Shown here one piece after another: positions 24,380 through 26,849 of a DNA stretch of 26,849 bases. The notes beneath the pieces were generated by a model. It was not told the origin of the DNA. It did not search any database and was given only the letters and a program-made list of their open reading frames with translations. This stretch comes from a virus. Its lineage: Duplodnaviria; Caudoviricetes. The DNA lies in the IMG/VR virus record IMGVR_UViG_3300046725_000025, positions 1-26,849 of that record; one strand, given 5' to 3'. Position 1 is the stretch's first letter; each line of letters begins with the position of its first letter. The position numbers and the translations under genes were made by a program.

Positions 24380-24920
24380 CCGTCAGCGGCGTCACCGGCT
24401 CGCCAGCGGCGCTCAACACTTCCACGCCATTACTGGTTTGCACGGCTTCGACATTACCGTTCTCATTCAAGCGACGCGCCACATTCGCCGCCACCACGCC
24501 AGCGGTATCGCCAATCGCGACGTTGGTGATGATGTTGGTCGGAACCGCAGCAACCACAATGCCGACTGTGACTGTGCCCGCAAGCGAGGCTTTCCCGACG
24601 AAAACAATAAAGTTGCCGGTGACTGCGCCGCTTAGTTGTACTGGCGTAGGCGGGGCCGGTGGTGTTGGCGCACCGACGCGCGGCGCACCGGCAATGTCGG
24701 CTGCGCCACCGTCCGCGTCCGCGCCTTTGGTGATGGGATTACCGGTCGGCGCAGGTGCGCCCGATCCTGGCTGAAACTCGCCGCCCAAAGACGGCACGGT
24801 ATACGCGACATCGCCAACCGGATCGCTAGGCGTTGCCGCCGTCGATGCAAAGCCACCCGGTGCGGGTCGCGTGTAGGCGACATCGCCTGTTTTGAATGGA
24901 GGTGCTGGTAAGTCACGCAT
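24360..24920 (-). CDS. Putative virion structural/decoration protein
   Basis: Pro/Gly/Ala-rich N-terminus with two GDVAYT repeats; beta-rich C-domain (GDTAGVVAANVA); GGAG upstream. Confidence 0.6.
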   Translation of the reverse strand: MRDLPAPPFKTGDVAYTRPAPGGFASTAATPSDPVGDVAYTVPSLGGEFQPGSGAPAPTGNPITKGADADGGAADIAGAPRVGAPTPPAPPTPVQLSGAVTGNFIVFVGKASLAGTVTVGIVVAAVPTNIITNVAIGDTAGVVAANVARRLNENGNVEAVQTSNGVEVLSAAGEPVTPLTVTVTLA

Positions 24921-24939
24921 GGGGAATTACTCCTAATCA

Positions 24940-25431
24940 TTACTTGGGTAAACGGCGTTTCGGTTTCTTCACGCGAGCCTTGCTCGGTTCGCTTTCCGCT
25001 TCTGGCTCATCGTCCGCCTCGTCTTCGTCTTCATCGTCTGCGTCAGCCATCGCCGCCGCCAACACCACGGGCGGCGTCGAACTGCGATTCGATGACAGTC
25101 CCGCTTTCGGTGTTGCAAACCACGGAAACAAGTTGGTACGAATGCTCGCGTTCATCGCCCGGCCCACGAGCGTCGATGCCGGTTGCGGCTTTACGAGTGC
25201 AGGCGGCGCAATGTAAGTGGCTCCGGCTGCGAACAACGCCTCGCCGCCATCGACGGGACCGGATAGCACCGGCACCATGCCGGGGCCGAACTCGCCGCCC
25301 AAGCTTGGCATCTTGTACGCTTTCACGTCGGCGAATGACGGGTCAACAAGTAATGTGTCCGCAGGCGGGCCAGCGGGCGATGGTTCTGCATACGCGTCAT
25401 CGCTGACGGGTAGGGTGTCGATGTCACGCAT
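24940..25431 (-). CDS. Putative virion protein sharing N-terminal motif with downstream gene
   Basis: MRD...AYKMPSLGGEFGPG; acidic then basic tail; GAGGAG upstream. Confidence 0.6.
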   Translation of the reverse strand: MRDIDTLPVSDDAYAEPSPAGPPADTLLVDPSFADVKAYKMPSLGGEFGPGMVPVLSGPVDGGEALFAAGATYIAPPALVKPQPASTLVGRAMNASIRTNLFPWFATPKAGLSSNRSSTPPVVLAAAMADADDEDEDEADDEPEAESEPSKARVKKPKRRLPK

Positions 25432-25433
25432 GG

Positions 25434-26849
25434 TCAATTCTCCTCAAAAGTTCGATCTAGTTTCTTGTCTGCGCTGCTTTCCGTTTTCTTTTCTGCGGCC
25501 GCCGCTTCGTCTTCTTTCTTTTCCCGCAACTGTTCGCGGCCTGCCGCTGTTGACGTATCAATCTCACCTTTTTTAGGCCCGGCAACTAACGTCGCCACTT
25601 CCTTCGACATTTGCGGACTGGTTCCAAAGAAGGACCACAAGAACCCGATTATCTGTCCGTATGCCTTGCTTTGCGGCAGAACGGCTCCCAAGCCGAAGGT
25701 AATCATCATCGACAACAAATGATAGGACGCCTCCACGGCATTGCGTTCGCCTTGGTTGGTGTCTTCACTGTTGCGCCTAAAGTAAGCAATCCACCTTTCT
25801 ACGTCTTGCACAATGGGGCCGTAGACAGGACCGGCGAGAGTGGCGAAAAGTCCACGATTGCTGCGCGCGCCGACAGTGGTGTCGATAACGACGTTGGATA
25901 GCCACCCCAACAAACCCCAATACTGCAAGATTTGCATTTGTGTTTCCTTGCTCGTGAAGCGATCCCAAAAATCCTCACCGCGATCGTCCCAATCGTCCGC
26001 GCGCGTGAGCAACATGCGCGCCACGACAAAGAACGCTTGCGCAACATACATAGTCCCCATCGTTGACAAGACGGGCAATGCCATCGCATTCAAGCGTTGT
26101 TTTGCCGTGAGCTGCACATCGCCATACTTGCCCGTACGCGCGGACTCCAACTTTTTCGCGTTCTGTTTAGCCCAGTTAACGAAGTTGGTACTCATCCAAC
26201 TCGTGAGCCGATAGATCAAGCCAAAGTTGCCACGATTCGCCATCAGCATTTTGGTGGAGGGGGTGGGGTTTTGAATCGTCGTGGTGACGTAGTGGTGCAG
26301 CGCGTTTGCGAGCGCCAGCCCGTCACCACTTAACGTATCGACTACCGTTAAATTCTCGATGGACTCCGGCCCTTTCAGAAACTCAGCGAACGAAGCGGTG
26401 TTCTTAATACCGTGTTCGCGTAGCCACTGCCCATACATCGCGGCATTATTGTCGTTCGCGCGAATGCTTTCGGCCGCGTCATAGAATGCTTCCAGCCCCA
26501 TGCGGTTAATAATTTTTTCATGCGCGGCCGTGATCGGTGTCAACAAATTGAACCGATACGTTTTTTGCGAAACGCGCGAGACCAGTCCTTTGCCTTGTGT
26601 GTCATCGCCCGTTGTTTGCGCCTGCGCGGTCATCGAGTGGGCGGAGTCAACCAAGATACCGGACAGTCGCCCAAGTCGATCCGCTGCCGCGTAGCGCGCC
26701 TTCTTCGATTGACTACGCATCAAAGGAACGGATGCCTTCATTAAGTCGCCCAAGGTCTTTAGCGGGGTTAGCGATTTGGATAGCACGCCAAACGGTTCGG
26801 ACAAATTTGGAATCGACGCGCGCCCCAACATTTGCGCGTTGCTGATCGT
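25434..26849 (-). CDS. C-terminal part of a large internal virion (ejection) protein-like ORF
   Basis: >=465 aa, appears open to window edge; helical with hydrophobic C-terminal segments; at the end of the late unit. Confidence 0.55.
   Translation of the reverse strand, partial: TISNAQMLGRASIPNLSEPFGVLSKSLTPLKTLGDLMKASVPLMRSQSKKARYAAADRLGRLSGILVDSAHSMTAQAQTTGDDTQGKGLVSRVSQKTYRFNLLTPITAAHEKIINRMGLEAFYDAAESIRANDNNAAMYGQWLREHGIKNTASFAEFLKGPESIENLTVVDTLSGDGLALANALHHYVTTTIQNPTPSTKMLMANRGNFGLIYRLTSWMSTNFVNWAKQNAKKLESARTGKYGDVQLTAKQRLNAMALPVLSTMGTMYVAQAFFVVARMLLTRADDWDDRGEDFWDRFTSKETQMQILQYWGLLGWLSNVVIDTTVGARSNRGLFATLAGPVYGPIVQDVERWIAYFRRNSEDTNQGERNAVEASYHLLSMMITFGLGAVLPQSKAYGQIIGFLWSFFGTSPQMSKEVATLVAGPKKGEIDTSTAAGREQLREKKEDEAAAAEKKTESSADKKLDRTFEEN

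Larger units (their letters stand above)
1..26849. mobile_element. Temperate tailed phage genome segment (unintegrated form, attP intact)
   Basis: Tail fibre, TerS-like, integrase next to a tRNA 3' fragment, repressor/Cro pair, YqaJ+RecT, VRR-NUC; dense small overlapping ORFs; no host housekeeping genes. Confidence 0.95.

Noticed and set aside
24376-26845. Plus-strand ORFs over the right end
   Set aside because: Antisense shadows of the minus-strand late genes.

Overview
A segment of a temperate tailed-phage genome in the unintegrated state (attP intact), probably podovirus-like with a proteobacterial host. Left arm (minus strand, 1-6.7 kb): probable small terminase, 12 small accessory ORFs (two resemble solo antitoxin domains) and a tail fibre gene running off the left edge. 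Early operon (plus strand, 6.9-11.95 kb): about 15 small genes separated by two type I hammerhead ribozymes and seven copies of an unrecognised 46-52 nt hairpin with conserved G.G and C.C mismatches. Each element lies between a stop codon and a conserved GGAGCTGAA-type translation-start motif. Then come attP (3' half of tRNA-Lys(CTT)), a tyrosine integrase, an AlpA/Xis-like protein, an XRE repressor/Cro switch, and a middle operon (YqaJ exonuclease, VRR-NUC, RecT, ParB-like, SSB-like, many hypotheticals) with no recognisable replication gene but a structured non-coding block at 19.3-19.6 kb. The ends of minus-strand virion genes close the window. The most interesting signal is the ribozyme/hairpin/start-motif cassette architecture of the early operon. 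All protein calls come from recalled motifs, not database searches.
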